Shown: positions 39,187-48,355, counted from the stretch's first letter. The stretch is 64,000 bases of DNA from an uncultured Alphaproteobacteria bacterium (GCA_902573325.1 CACGJH010000006.1:2074-66073), one strand, 5' to 3'. Made by a program: numbers and translations. The notes: generated from the sequence alone by a model not told the origin.

Positions 39187-40741
39187 ATTCTTTCTTAAAT
39201 TCTTTAATTGAAAGTACTTCATTTATTGGCTTGTCCCACCTAATTCTATGAATTCGAGGAAAACGCATAGCGACACCTGATTTATGTCTCGTGCTGGGGA
39301 ATACATCGTCAAAGGCTACCTCTAAAATAATTTCTCTTTTTACTTCTCTAACAGGACCAAATTTATTGGTAGTATTATTTCTAATAAATTTATCTAAAAC
39401 TAATAGCTCTTTATCTGTGTAACCGGAATATGCTTTTCCTATAGGAACTAATTCATTTTCTTTCCAAACACCAAACGTAAAATCTGAATAATATGATGAT
39501 CTTTTGCCATGTCCTCGTTGAGCATACATTAAAATAGCATCAACTAGTTTTGGATTTTTTTTCCATTTGTACCAATACCCCTTTTTTCTTCCTGGTAAAT
39601 ATTCACTATTTTTAAGTTTAATCATTACACCTTCATTTAAATCATCATAAAAATTATTTTTATATTTAGTTAATTCTTCCCATGTTGAAAAATTAATGAT
39701 GGTAGATAAATCAATTTGATTAGTTGTATTTTCTTTTTGAAATTTTTCTAAATATTTTCTTCTTTCAACGAGAGATAATTTTCTTAAATCTTTTCCCTTA
39801 TAAAAAAGGATATCATAAGCTCTTATGAAAACAGGAAACTTTTTTTGAAGATCTTTTGACGCTTTTTTTCTATTTAATCTTTGTTGTAGATCATTAAAAC
39901 CAGAGGGCTTAAAATTTCTACCCACAAGTAATTCCCCGTCAATCACCGCATCACCTTTAGTAGTTTCAATTATTTCTGGGAATGCAGATGATATATTATC
40001 ACCTGTTCTTGAGAATAGTGAAACACTGTTTGATGAAACCATAAGCTGAACTCTGATCCCATCCCATTTATATTCTGCTTGAAATTCATTCGCGTCTAAT
40101 CTTTTAAAATCTTTTTCCTCATCAATAGGATTAGCAAGCATCATAGGATGAAATAATTTTTTAAAATCTATTTTTGGTTTTGATGTTTCATTTTTTAACC
40201 ATTGAAATAAATTTTCATATGGAAATTCTAGACCATGCCAAATTTCCTCAATCTCATTTACAGATTTATTATACAAATCAGCTAAGGCCGTTTTAACCAA
40301 TCTTTCTGAGACCCCAATTCGCAATCCACCCGTGCAAATTTTAATTAAAGTCCACCTTTCATTATTAGATAGTTCGCTAAAAACTTTACTAAACTCTGTA
40401 TTAATTTCTGACTTTTTAATTTTTTTTATATTTTCTATTAAGGTAGATAAATTTTGTGATTTACCTTTTTTATTTGTCGGCCAAATTAATGATATTGTTT
40501 CTGCTAAATCTCCAACATAGTCATATGAGTAATCAAATAAATGTTGATCTACTTGTTCATAGACAAGTTCTCTGAGTTTAGATGCTTTAATAAATTGAAA
40601 TGAAAGTTGGTCAGATAAAATTGCAAGTGCATATGCACGGTTGATATCAAGAATTTTAAAATAATCTTGAAGTAATTTAATTTTAGTATTTCGACTTGGT
40701 GTTAAAATCAAATTGTGAAGTAAGGAAGAAAATTTTTTCAT
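39173..40741 (-). CDS. ATP-dependent DNA ligase (ligase-associated DNA damage response type)
   Basis: Adenylation motif I EYKWDGIR, an OB-fold C-terminus and 522 aa. Adjacent to the MBL exonuclease, Lhr-like helicase and PdeM genes. Confidence 0.85.
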   Translation of the reverse strand: MKKFSSLLHNLILTPSRNTKIKLLQDYFKILDINRAYALAILSDQLSFQFIKASKLRELVYEQVDQHLFDYSYDYVGDLAETISLIWPTNKKGKSQNLSTLIENIKKIKKSEINTEFSKVFSELSNNERWTLIKICTGGLRIGVSERLVKTALADLYNKSVNEIEEIWHGLEFPYENLFQWLKNETSKPKIDFKKLFHPMMLANPIDEEKDFKRLDANEFQAEYKWDGIRVQLMVSSNSVSLFSRTGDNISSAFPEIIETTKGDAVIDGELLVGRNFKPSGFNDLQQRLNRKKASKDLQKKFPVFIRAYDILFYKGKDLRKLSLVERRKYLEKFQKENTTNQIDLSTIINFSTWEELTKYKNNFYDDLNEGVMIKLKNSEYLPGRKKGYWYKWKKNPKLVDAILMYAQRGHGKRSSYYSDFTFGVWKENELVPIGKAYSGYTDKELLVLDKFIRNNTTNKFGPVREVKREIILEVAFDDVFPSTRHKSGVAMRFPRIHRIRWDKPINEVLSIKEFKKEFKID

Positions 40742-41727
40742 TCTATTTCTTCATCACTTCTTCCTTGGATGGAAAGGGGCTTTGAAACAAGATTTTGTTT
40801 CTTACAATAATAAACTAATGCATCTTCCTGACCATGTGTAATAAGAATATTTTTCGCTTTTGATTTTTTAATTGTATCTAGTAATTCATTCCAATCGCTA
40901 TGATCACTAATAATTAAAGGTAATTCAATACCTTGTTGTTTTGCTCTTTGCTTAACTGTCATCCATCCACTTGCCATACAAATAATAGGATTAGGAAATC
41001 GTCTTGACCAACGATCCTTTAATGCTGAAGGAGGGGCAATAATTATTTTACCCTCATAAAAGCTTTTATCCTTTGAAGAAACTTTTTCAAACTTTCCAAT
41101 ATTAATTTTTTCTTTTGAATAATATTGGCATAACTTTTCTAGAGAGCCATGAATATAAATTGTCTCATTATATTTGTGCTGACGTAAAAGATTCATCACT
41201 CTTTGCGCTTTTCCAAGTGCATACGCACCAACAATATGACAATTATTTTTATTTATCTTTACAGATCGAATGAGTTTTTGAATTTCATCTTTGGGATCTG
41301 GATGTTGAAATATGGGTAATCCAAATGTTGCTTCGGTAATTAAAGTATCACATTTAACTAGTTTGAAATTTTTACATGTTTCGTCTTTTCCTACTTTATA
41401 ATCACCTGTGATGACTAAACGATGATTATTTTTTTCAATTAAAACTTGAGCACTTCCTAAAATATGTCCTGCAGGGTATAATGTAAAATCAAAGTTTTTA
41501 ATCGAATATTTTTGCCCGTATCTAAGAGAAGTAAATTTCTTTGCACATTTATCTCCGTAGCGAATTTTCATTATGTCTATTGTCTGTCTAGTAGCAATAA
41601 CATGATCATGTCCAAATCGAGCATGATCTGCGTGACCATGTGTAATAATTGCTGTTTTTTTCGGCAATATTGGATCTATATGTACATTTATATCTTTGAT
41701 AAATAGCTGATGGTTAATGAAATCCAT
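40738..41727 (-). CDS. Ligase-associated DNA damage response exonuclease (metallo-beta-lactamase fold)
   Basis: THGHADH metal motif, 329 aa, and a 4-nt overlap with the ligase gene. Confidence 0.8.
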   Translation of the reverse strand: MDFINHQLFIKDINVHIDPILPKKTAIITHGHADHARFGHDHVIATRQTIDIMKIRYGDKCAKKFTSLRYGQKYSIKNFDFTLYPAGHILGSAQVLIEKNNHRLVITGDYKVGKDETCKNFKLVKCDTLITEATFGLPIFQHPDPKDEIQKLIRSVKINKNNCHIVGAYALGKAQRVMNLLRQHKYNETIYIHGSLEKLCQYYSKEKINIGKFEKVSSKDKSFYEGKIIIAPPSALKDRWSRRFPNPIICMASGWMTVKQRAKQQGIELPLIISDHSDWNELLDTIKKSKAKNILITHGQEDALVYYCKKQNLVSKPLSIQGRSDEEIE

Positions 41728-44160
41728 ATGAATATAAATAAATCGAATCCCTTATTATTACACCCCCTAAATAAGTGGATGAAGAAAAAAAAATGGTCCT
41801 GGTTTCCTCATCAAATTGAAACGTTTCATCATGTTCGAACTGGGTCTGATGTTGTTGTATTTGCTCCTACTGGTGCTGGCAAAACATTAACAGGGTTTAT
41901 TAATCCAATAGATGATTTAATAAAATTAAAAAAATTTAAAGGTCTTCATACTCTCTATATTTCTCCATTAAAATCTCTTGCAAACGATATTGTGAGAAAT
42001 TTAGAGAAACCTATTAAAGAGCTTGATTTAAATATTTCATTTCAAGTAAGAACAGGAGACACAACACCATATAAAAAACAAAAACAAAAACAAAAACCTC
42101 CTAATATCCTTATTACAACTCCAGAGTCACTTGCATTATTAAATTCGTATGAGAATGCGAAAGAATTTTTTCACAATCTTAAATATATAATTATTGATGA
42201 GATACACACTTTTTTGGATAATAAGAGAGCTGATCTTCTAAGTTTAAATATTGAAAGACTACAAACTTTCTCTCCAAATTTACAACGAATAGGCTTGTCA
42301 GCAACTCTCAAGAATAAACAAGATGCCAAAAAATGGCTTTGCCGCAAAAAACCAAAAATAATTTTTTATGAAAATTCAGTTTTACCTAAGATTAAAATTC
42401 TAGAATCAAAAGAACGCATCCCTTGGTCTGGTCATATGGCTACGTATTCTATTAATGAAATCTACAAAGAAATAATGAAATCAAAATTAACTATTATTTT
42501 TGTTAATACGAGGGCACAAGCCGAATATATGTTTAAAAACTTATGGCTAATTAATAAGAAAAAATTAAAAATTGCTGTTCACCATGGTTCATTAGAAAAA
42601 AACTTACGTTTAAAAGTAGAAAATAATCTTAGCAAAGGATTAGTTGACTGTGTTGTTGCGACCTCTTCTTTAGAACTCGGATTAGATTATGGAGATGTAG
42701 AAAAAATTATTCAAGTTGGAGCACCTAAAGGAATTAATAGATTATTACAGCGTGTAGGAAGATCAAATCATAATTTAAATACACCTTCAAAAGCAATTTT
42801 AGTACCCACTAATCGTTTTGAATTTATCGAAGCAAAAGCTGCTATTGAAGAAATAAAAAAAAATAACTTAGATAAAATAGATTTAAAAGAAGGAAGTTTT
42901 GATGTTGTAGCTCAACATATTTTTGCAACGGCTTGTGCGGGGCAATTTGATATTAATGATCTCTACAAAGAAATTATCAAAGCATATCCATACAAAAAAT
43001 TAAAACTTAATGATTTTAAACAATTGATTAATCTCATACAAGATGGCGGATATGTTTTAAAAAATTATGATCAATTTAAGAGAATCTTCCAACTGAGAGA
43101 AAATAAAAATATTTATAAGCTAGTAAATAAAAGAGAAACACGAAAATACCGCATGAATGTTGGAACAATAATTGAAAATCCTATGTTAAAAATAAAACTT
43201 GGAACGAAAACGTTAGGGAATATAGAAGAAGTTTTTGTTCAAAATCTTTCTCAAGGTGATTCATTCATATTTGCAGGTCAAGTACTAGAATTTCAATTAA
43301 TGAAAAATAATTTAGTACAAGTTAAAAGAAGTAAATCTTTAATTTCAAAAATTCCGTCATACTCTGGAGGCAGAATGCCATTATCAACAAATTTGGCTAA
43401 CTCAGTTAGGGCTTTATTGGCAAAAAGTAATATGCGGGATTTATATCCAGAGCAAATTACTGAATGGTTAAAAAGACAAAAAAATATATCTAAAATTCCT
43501 AAAAAAGATGAATATCTAGTGGAACAATTCCCTCGAAAAAAAAATTTTTATACTGTTATCTATACTTTTGCAGGATGGCATGCCAATCAAACACTAGGAT
43601 TTTTATTGCTTAGAGGCTTCAAGGAATTTGATTATAAACCTCTAGGTTTTGTCGCAAATGATTATGCTATTGTTTTATGGTCTTTAAAAGAAGTTAAAGA
43701 AATCAAAACAATTCTAAATTTAGGATTGTTAGATAAACATTTAGATAATTATCTTGAAGAAACCTCAATAGTCAAAAGATTATTTAGAGATAATGCTATT
43801 ATATCTTGTTTAATAGAAAGAAGGTTGCCAGGGATGGAAAAAACTGGAAAGCAAGTTTTATTTAGTTCTGATCTAATTTATACAGTTCTAAAAAAAAATG
43901 AACCAGATCATATTCTTTTAAAATCATCATATGAAGACGCAAAAAAGAATATGATTGATTATGATAGACTTAGAGAAATCTTAAAAAAAATTGATAAAAA
44001 AATTATATTAAAGAAACTTACATGTATCTCACCATTGGCTGTTCCAATTATTCTTGAAATAAATAGAGAAAATTTATCAAAAAAAGAAACTGATGAATAC
44101 ATTTTAGAGGACTTAGAAAATGAAATATTAAAAGAGGCTAATGTACTATCAATCAATTAA
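41710..44160 (+). CDS. Ligase-associated DEXH-box helicase (Lhr-core-like)
   Basis: Walker A APTGAGKT, DEIH box, SATL, and a conserved Lhr-type C-terminal domain. An alternative start at ATG 41728 would abut the divergent exonuclease start. Confidence 0.85.
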   Translation: MVNEIHMNINKSNPLLLHPLNKWMKKKKWSWFPHQIETFHHVRTGSDVVVFAPTGAGKTLTGFINPIDDLIKLKKFKGLHTLYISPLKSLANDIVRNLEKPIKELDLNISFQVRTGDTTPYKKQKQKQKPPNILITTPESLALLNSYENAKEFFHNLKYIIIDEIHTFLDNKRADLLSLNIERLQTFSPNLQRIGLSATLKNKQDAKKWLCRKKPKIIFYENSVLPKIKILESKERIPWSGHMATYSINEIYKEIMKSKLTIIFVNTRAQAEYMFKNLWLINKKKLKIAVHHGSLEKNLRLKVENNLSKGLVDCVVATSSLELGLDYGDVEKIIQVGAPKGINRLLQRVGRSNHNLNTPSKAILVPTNRFEFIEAKAAIEEIKKNNLDKIDLKEGSFDVVAQHIFATACAGQFDINDLYKEIIKAYPYKKLKLNDFKQLINLIQDGGYVLKNYDQFKRIFQLRENKNIYKLVNKRETRKYRMNVGTIIENPMLKIKLGTKTLGNIEEVFVQNLSQGDSFIFAGQVLEFQLMKNNLVQVKRSKSLISKIPSYSGGRMPLSTNLANSVRALLAKSNMRDLYPEQITEWLKRQKNISKIPKKDEYLVEQFPRKKNFYTVIYTFAGWHANQTLGFLLLRGFKEFDYKPLGFVANDYAIVLWSLKEVKEIKTILNLGLLDKHLDNYLEETSIVKRLFRDNAIISCLIERRLPGMEKTGKQVLFSSDLIYTVLKKNEPDHILLKSSYEDAKKNMIDYDRLREILKKIDKKIILKKLTCISPLAVPIILEINRENLSKKETDEYILEDLENEILKEANVLSIN

Positions 44161-44794
44161 TTTTGGTAATGAAGAATTTCATGCTTATCCAAATAAATCT
44201 CTTTATTGGAAAAGATTAAATACCCTGATCGTATCAGATTTACATATGGGAAAATCGATTAGTTATGCAAAGAATAAGCAATTCTTGCCTCCGTATGATA
44301 CAAAAGAAATATTAAACAAAATTTTTGTTAGTCTAGATAAAATTAAACCAAGTAATTTAATTATAGTTGGTGATTTATTACACGATGTTTTTTCAACTTT
44401 GAGCATAAAAGATCAAGATTATAAAAATCTTAGTCAATATATGAAAAATACTGATTTCATATGGATCAAGGGTAATCATGATAAAAATATACAAATTGAA
44501 GGTTTTAAAAATTTTACAAATTACAAAATTGGTAAATTTTTATTTACACACATACCTATCAAAACATCTTTATTTCAAATTTGTGGTCACTATCATCCAA
44601 AAGTAAAAATTGTTCACAGAGGGAAAACTATTTTTAAAACATCATTTGTACATAATAAAAAAATATTAATTTTACCAAGTTTTGGAATTTTAACGGGTGG
44701 ACTGGATGTTCATTCTAAACAAATAAGTGATGTATTAGGTAAGAATAATTTGAGTATTTATCCTGTGGGACAGGATAAAGTTTATAAATTATAA
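44141..44794 (+). CDS. pdeM: Ligase-associated metallophosphoesterase PdeM
   Basis: Calcineurin-like motifs SDLHMGK, GDLLHD, GNHD and GHYH. 217 aa. Overlaps the helicase end. Confidence 0.8.
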   Translation: MYYQSINFGNEEFHAYPNKSLYWKRLNTLIVSDLHMGKSISYAKNKQFLPPYDTKEILNKIFVSLDKIKPSNLIIVGDLLHDVFSTLSIKDQDYKNLSQYMKNTDFIWIKGNHDKNIQIEGFKNFTNYKIGKFLFTHIPIKTSLFQICGHYHPKVKIVHRGKTIFKTSFVHNKKILILPSFGILTGGLDVHSKQISDVLGKNNLSIYPVGQDKVYKL

Positions 44795-45210
44795 TTAAAG
44801 TAATTGATAATTACAATGCTAACTAAAATAATAAAATTCAATATAAATAATAAAACAGAAAGCAAATGCATATATTTAAAATTAGATGATGCTTTTTGAT
44901 CGCCATCTAATTCTTTATCTCTTAAATTATTAATTTTGGGTGTTAAATAATTTCTATTAATAATAAAACTTACAGCCACTATTACTAATAAAATAGAATT
45001 TAAATTATTAGCTGAAATATAACTAAGGATTAAAGATAAAAGAGCTATTATAAACCCAAATAAAAACATTCTAGGAAAAATTGTTCTTAAAAATTTACTG
45101 CTGGCGTTAGTACTTAATGTGGCAAAGACTGAGGGCGAGACGACAGCCATAAAGAAAATCATAGATCCTATAAGGATTGTTACTAAAAAATTAAGAGTAT
45201 AGATTATCAT
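44782..45210 (-). CDS. DUF4149 (TMEM205-like, CopD-clan) membrane protein
   Basis: 142 aa with four TM helices. The N-terminal pattern …FFMAVVSPSVF…FLRTIFPRMF is typical of DUF4149. Assigned from memory of the family. Confidence 0.5.
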   Translation of the reverse strand: MIIYTLNFLVTILIGSMIFFMAVVSPSVFATLSTNASSKFLRTIFPRMFLFGFIIALLSLILSYISANNLNSILLVIVAVSFIINRNYLTPKINNLRDKELDGDQKASSNFKYMHLLSVLLFILNFIILVSIVIINYFNYNL

Positions 45211-45217
45211 CAGTTAA

Positions 45218-45242
45218 AATTGCTCTTATATAAAGAGCAATT
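45218..45242 (-). other. Perfect 10-bp stem / 5-nt loop hairpin between the TPR and DUF4149 genes
   Basis: AATTGCTCTT at 45218-45227 pairs with AAGAGCAATT at 45233-45242. The stem ends 8 nt upstream of the DUF4149 start codon. On the minus strand it is followed by TTTTAAC. Confidence 0.45.
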
Positions 45243-45249
45243 GTTATAT

Positions 45250-45720
45250 TTATGAATTATCAATTGCTGTTTTTAATTTTCTATATTCCATAGAATTAGT
45301 TCCAGCTATTGTTTCTAATTTTAATAACATTTCATTAGCTTTATTCATATTACCAAGGGTGATGTAAAGTTCACCAAGATATTCATGTGCTCCTAAATGT
45401 TCAGGATTTGCGTCTAAAGCAATTCTATATGCTTCAAAGGCCTTATCTAGATTTGGCTCACTGTGCTTTCTGTAACTAAAACCAAGTAAGTTATATACAT
45501 CAGCTTTTTTTTCACCTAAGTCTTTACGCTTCGCAATTTTTTCAAGTAATTTAATAGATTTATCAAATTTCTTATAATAAACTAATTCGTAAGCCTTATC
45601 GTATAATTTTGTAACTTGTTCGCTAGCTGAAATGCTAGTTGCACTATCATCTGAGCTAGTACTAGCGGCAAATGATGTGGAACTTATAAATAATAATGTA
45701 AGAAATATTCTAATCATCAA
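45250..45720 (-). CDS. Small exported TPR protein
   Basis: Signal peptide MMIRIFLTLLFISSTSFAAS and two or three TPR motifs (…YNLLGFSYRK…AYRIALDANPEH…). Confidence 0.65.
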   Translation of the reverse strand: MMIRIFLTLLFISSTSFAASTSSDDSATSISASEQVTKLYDKAYELVYYKKFDKSIKLLEKIAKRKDLGEKKADVYNLLGFSYRKHSEPNLDKAFEAYRIALDANPEHLGAHEYLGELYITLGNMNKANEMLLKLETIAGTNSMEYRKLKTAIDNS

Positions 45721-45774
45721 GATGAGATATGTGGGTTTAAACCAATTTCAATATTTGTATGTGAATTAATTTAA

Positions 45775-46233
45775 TTAATGGCAGGCAATATTATATTTTT
45801 TTAATCTGTAATAATTATATGGCCACGGCGTTAGAAAGCCTGCAAGAAGCATTATAGGTATTACCCACCATACAAGTTTAGCGCCACCCATAATGATCCA
45901 GTCAACTGCATTCATGGCTATTTCCATAGACACCATTGAAATTAAACTCATTCCTATGGCTGTTTTAAAAGCTTTGCTGAAAATCATTTGTCTTGATAAA
46001 ACGACAGTCTCTAAAATGATGCTAGTAATAATACCATTAATGATTGCTAGGATCATAATATAAAGAGTAGGCCAAGGAATGCCAGTTAATTGAAAATAGA
46101 GTATGGTTCCTAAATCGCCAATGCTACATCCTAGCAAACACCAAGCAGTATTTTTAGCGCTTCTTCTCCATGTATGTTTACATTTCCAATGAAAACGTGG
46201 AGCTGGTTTTTTTAATGTTTCAGCTACAGACAT
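45775..46233 (-). CDS. DUF4396-like integral membrane protein
   Basis: 152 aa with four TM helices. A Cys/His-rich N-terminal segment (HWKCKHTW…AWCLLGCSIGDLG) resembles the DUF4396 signature. Confidence 0.5.
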   Translation of the reverse strand: MSVAETLKKPAPRFHWKCKHTWRRSAKNTAWCLLGCSIGDLGTILYFQLTGIPWPTLYIMILAIINGIITSIILETVVLSRQMIFSKAFKTAIGMSLISMVSMEIAMNAVDWIIMGGAKLVWWVIPIMLLAGFLTPWPYNYYRLKKYNIACH

Positions 46234-46238
46234 TTAAA

Positions 46239-47669
46239 TTATATTCCTTGTTTGAATTCGAAAGTCTTTTTTATATCATTAATTTCATAACTATCAATTG
46301 TGCCATTAGTCCATTTAATTGATATATTTTTAATTACTTCATCTGGGCGTAAACCATAATGTGCTATTGGTTCCATTTGACATAAATATCCTGAGCCAGC
46401 ATCAATAGTCTTGGCGTGATTTCTTAAATTTGTATGTAATGTAACAGTTGCACCTCTAGCTGGAGCACCAAAGGTGTTAAGAGGTTTAATTCTAATATAG
46501 TTTGTATTTGATACATTTGCTTTAAATAAACTCAGTGGTTGAGCTCCAGATTCACCATGTGAAATAAGTAATTCTAAAATTCCATCTCCATCAATATCAG
46601 CAACAGCAGCACCTGTTCCTAGACCCTGAGTTTCAAGTGCTTCGTCTAACTTGATTTCTTCTAAGTTTCCTTCATCAAGAATACGAAAAAGTTTATTTGG
46701 TTGACCGATATTATTTAAAAAAATTTCATCATAACCATCATTATCAAAATCTGCTGATATAACTGTCCGTATTCTACTAGGTGATCTAAAATCTAATGAA
46801 GACATATCAAGAAAAGATTCTTTTTGTTTTACAAAAATACGATGATAACCTTCCCAGTTACTTGTTATAATATCAAGTTCGCCTCTATACAAAAAATCAG
46901 TTAAAGCGGTTCCGCGACCATTTTGAAAAGTATCTTGCACATTTTTTTCAATCGCAATATCATCAAAATTACCATTAATATTTTTATATAAGAAATTTGG
47001 ACCTCTCTCATTAGCTGCAAATATATCCATATTATCAGAAACTATATGTCCTGAAATTACCGCTCTTCCTCCAGTTATTTGATCAATTCCAAGCATTGGA
47101 GCTAAATCTTCAACTTCATTTTCTTTAATTTCGTAAAATCTAGTAGGACCTCCATAATTAGCAACATATATGCCGTACTTTCCCGATCCATTTCTGTCTA
47201 CACAAACAACAGATCTGCCTGCGGTTAAATTTAAATTTTCTAAATTTTTTTCTAACTCAAAATAATCGAATATTTTGTTATTGTTATCCAGTAATCTGTC
47301 AGAGTATTTTTTTTCTCCACTATACGTATCAGTATTTAAGAAATAAATTTCTTCAAAACCATCCTGATCAATATCACAAGCTGATACACCAATAGTATTT
47401 CTATCTTCATCAACAAATAAAGGATCTTGAATTATATTAATTAGTTTTCCATTTTTATAGCTAAGAGCTAAATTAGAGTAACCAAAACCTGCAACAACAA
47501 ATTCAAAAGCTCCATCTTTATTAAAGTCAGTTACTGAAACTCCATAGCTTAATCGATCATTATTATTTTCGATTATATCAGAAATATTAGAGAAAAATTC
47601 TGCCTTAGCCATATTAGATATCAATATAATAAAAATAAAAATTAACTTTTGCATTTCAAGTGTTTTCAA
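46239..47669 (-). CDS. CRTAC1-family protein (FG-GAP/VCBS repeats plus ASPIC/UnbV C-terminal domain), exported
   Basis: Signal peptide. Six D-x-D/N-x-D-G Ca-binding-like repeats (e.g. DFNKDGAFE, DIDQDGFEE, DFDNDGYDE, DIDGDGILE). C-terminal GATVTL…DAGSGYLCQMEPIAHYGL. Confidence 0.75.
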   Translation of the reverse strand: MKTLEMQKLIFIFIILISNMAKAEFFSNISDIIENNNDRLSYGVSVTDFNKDGAFEFVVAGFGYSNLALSYKNGKLINIIQDPLFVDEDRNTIGVSACDIDQDGFEEIYFLNTDTYSGEKKYSDRLLDNNNKIFDYFELEKNLENLNLTAGRSVVCVDRNGSGKYGIYVANYGGPTRFYEIKENEVEDLAPMLGIDQITGGRAVISGHIVSDNMDIFAANERGPNFLYKNINGNFDDIAIEKNVQDTFQNGRGTALTDFLYRGELDIITSNWEGYHRIFVKQKESFLDMSSLDFRSPSRIRTVISADFDNDGYDEIFLNNIGQPNKLFRILDEGNLEEIKLDEALETQGLGTGAAVADIDGDGILELLISHGESGAQPLSLFKANVSNTNYIRIKPLNTFGAPARGATVTLHTNLRNHAKTIDAGSGYLCQMEPIAHYGLRPDEVIKNISIKWTNGTIDSYEINDIKKTFEFKQGI

Positions 47670-48355
47670 TTTGCCAATCTGATAAAAATATCGCCCATTC
47701 CAAAATTAAGTTCTTCAAGAGGCATACTATTTCTAGCTTCGCACATGGGTCCAGTTATTTGGTCATTTTTTATATAATCTAAATCGTAAGCATCACATTT
47801 TTTTGGGTTATGTAATAAACCAATAACAAGTTTGTTATCTACTGAGTATGTATATTCTTTATTTAATTCATTACCTTTACAAAAATAATCTCTATTAACT
47901 AGTTCAGGAAAATCATTTTTGTTACATGGATTATCAATAACGATTGTATAGATATCTTTTGATTGATCTTTAAAATCAACATTGATTTTTTTTGTTTCTG
48001 AATATTTCATTACATCGCATAAGCAAGGCCAACAACATTTATAATATTGACCACAAATTTTTTCATCATTTTCTGAATTAGTAAGAAAAATTTCATCTGG
48101 TTGAGCATCTGGAGGAATTAGAGAACCTGAGACAGCACAGTATAACTTATTAAATTGCATAAACTCTTCATATTCTAAGTTTTGATCTAAAATATATTTA
48201 AAAAATCTTGGTCCTGCTGCATTTCTATTCCCATCAGGAAAAATAGTTGACCAATCGTTAACAAGTCTTTCGTACATTTTTTCGGTATTCGCATTAACCT
48301 GAGTCATGGATGAAAAAATTAATAGGCATGAAATTATTGTAAGTAATTTAGGCAT
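47666..48355 (-). CDS. Exported cysteine-rich protein of unknown function
   Basis: Signal peptide (…TQVNA|NTE) and 10 Cys in the mature part, including C-x5-CC-x2-C-x-C (CGQYYKCCWPCLCD, nt 48017-48037 for CCWPCLC). 4-nt overlap with the CRTAC1 gene. Confidence 0.6.
   Translation of the reverse strand: MPKLLTIISCLLIFSSMTQVNANTEKMYERLVNDWSTIFPDGNRNAAGPRFFKYILDQNLEYEEFMQFNKLYCAVSGSLIPPDAQPDEIFLTNSENDEKICGQYYKCCWPCLCDVMKYSETKKINVDFKDQSKDIYTIVIDNPCNKNDFPELVNRDYFCKGNELNKEYTYSVDNKLVIGLLHNPKKCDAYDLDYIKNDQITGPMCEARNSMPLEELNFGMGDIFIRLAN

Noticed and set aside
42074-42097. (AAAAAC)x4 microsatellite-like tract inside the helicase gene.
   Set aside because: It is in-frame and encodes KQKQKQK in a linker. 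Hexamer slippage would not shift the frame, and there is no evidence of phase variation.
44782-45210. A link between the TMEM205-like DUF4149 gene and the adjacent ligase cluster. TMEM205 is associated with cisplatin resistance in human cells, and some databases name the ligase as cisplatin-damage-response.
   Set aside because: The genes are convergent on opposite strands and belong to different apparent operons. The connection rests only on annotation wording.
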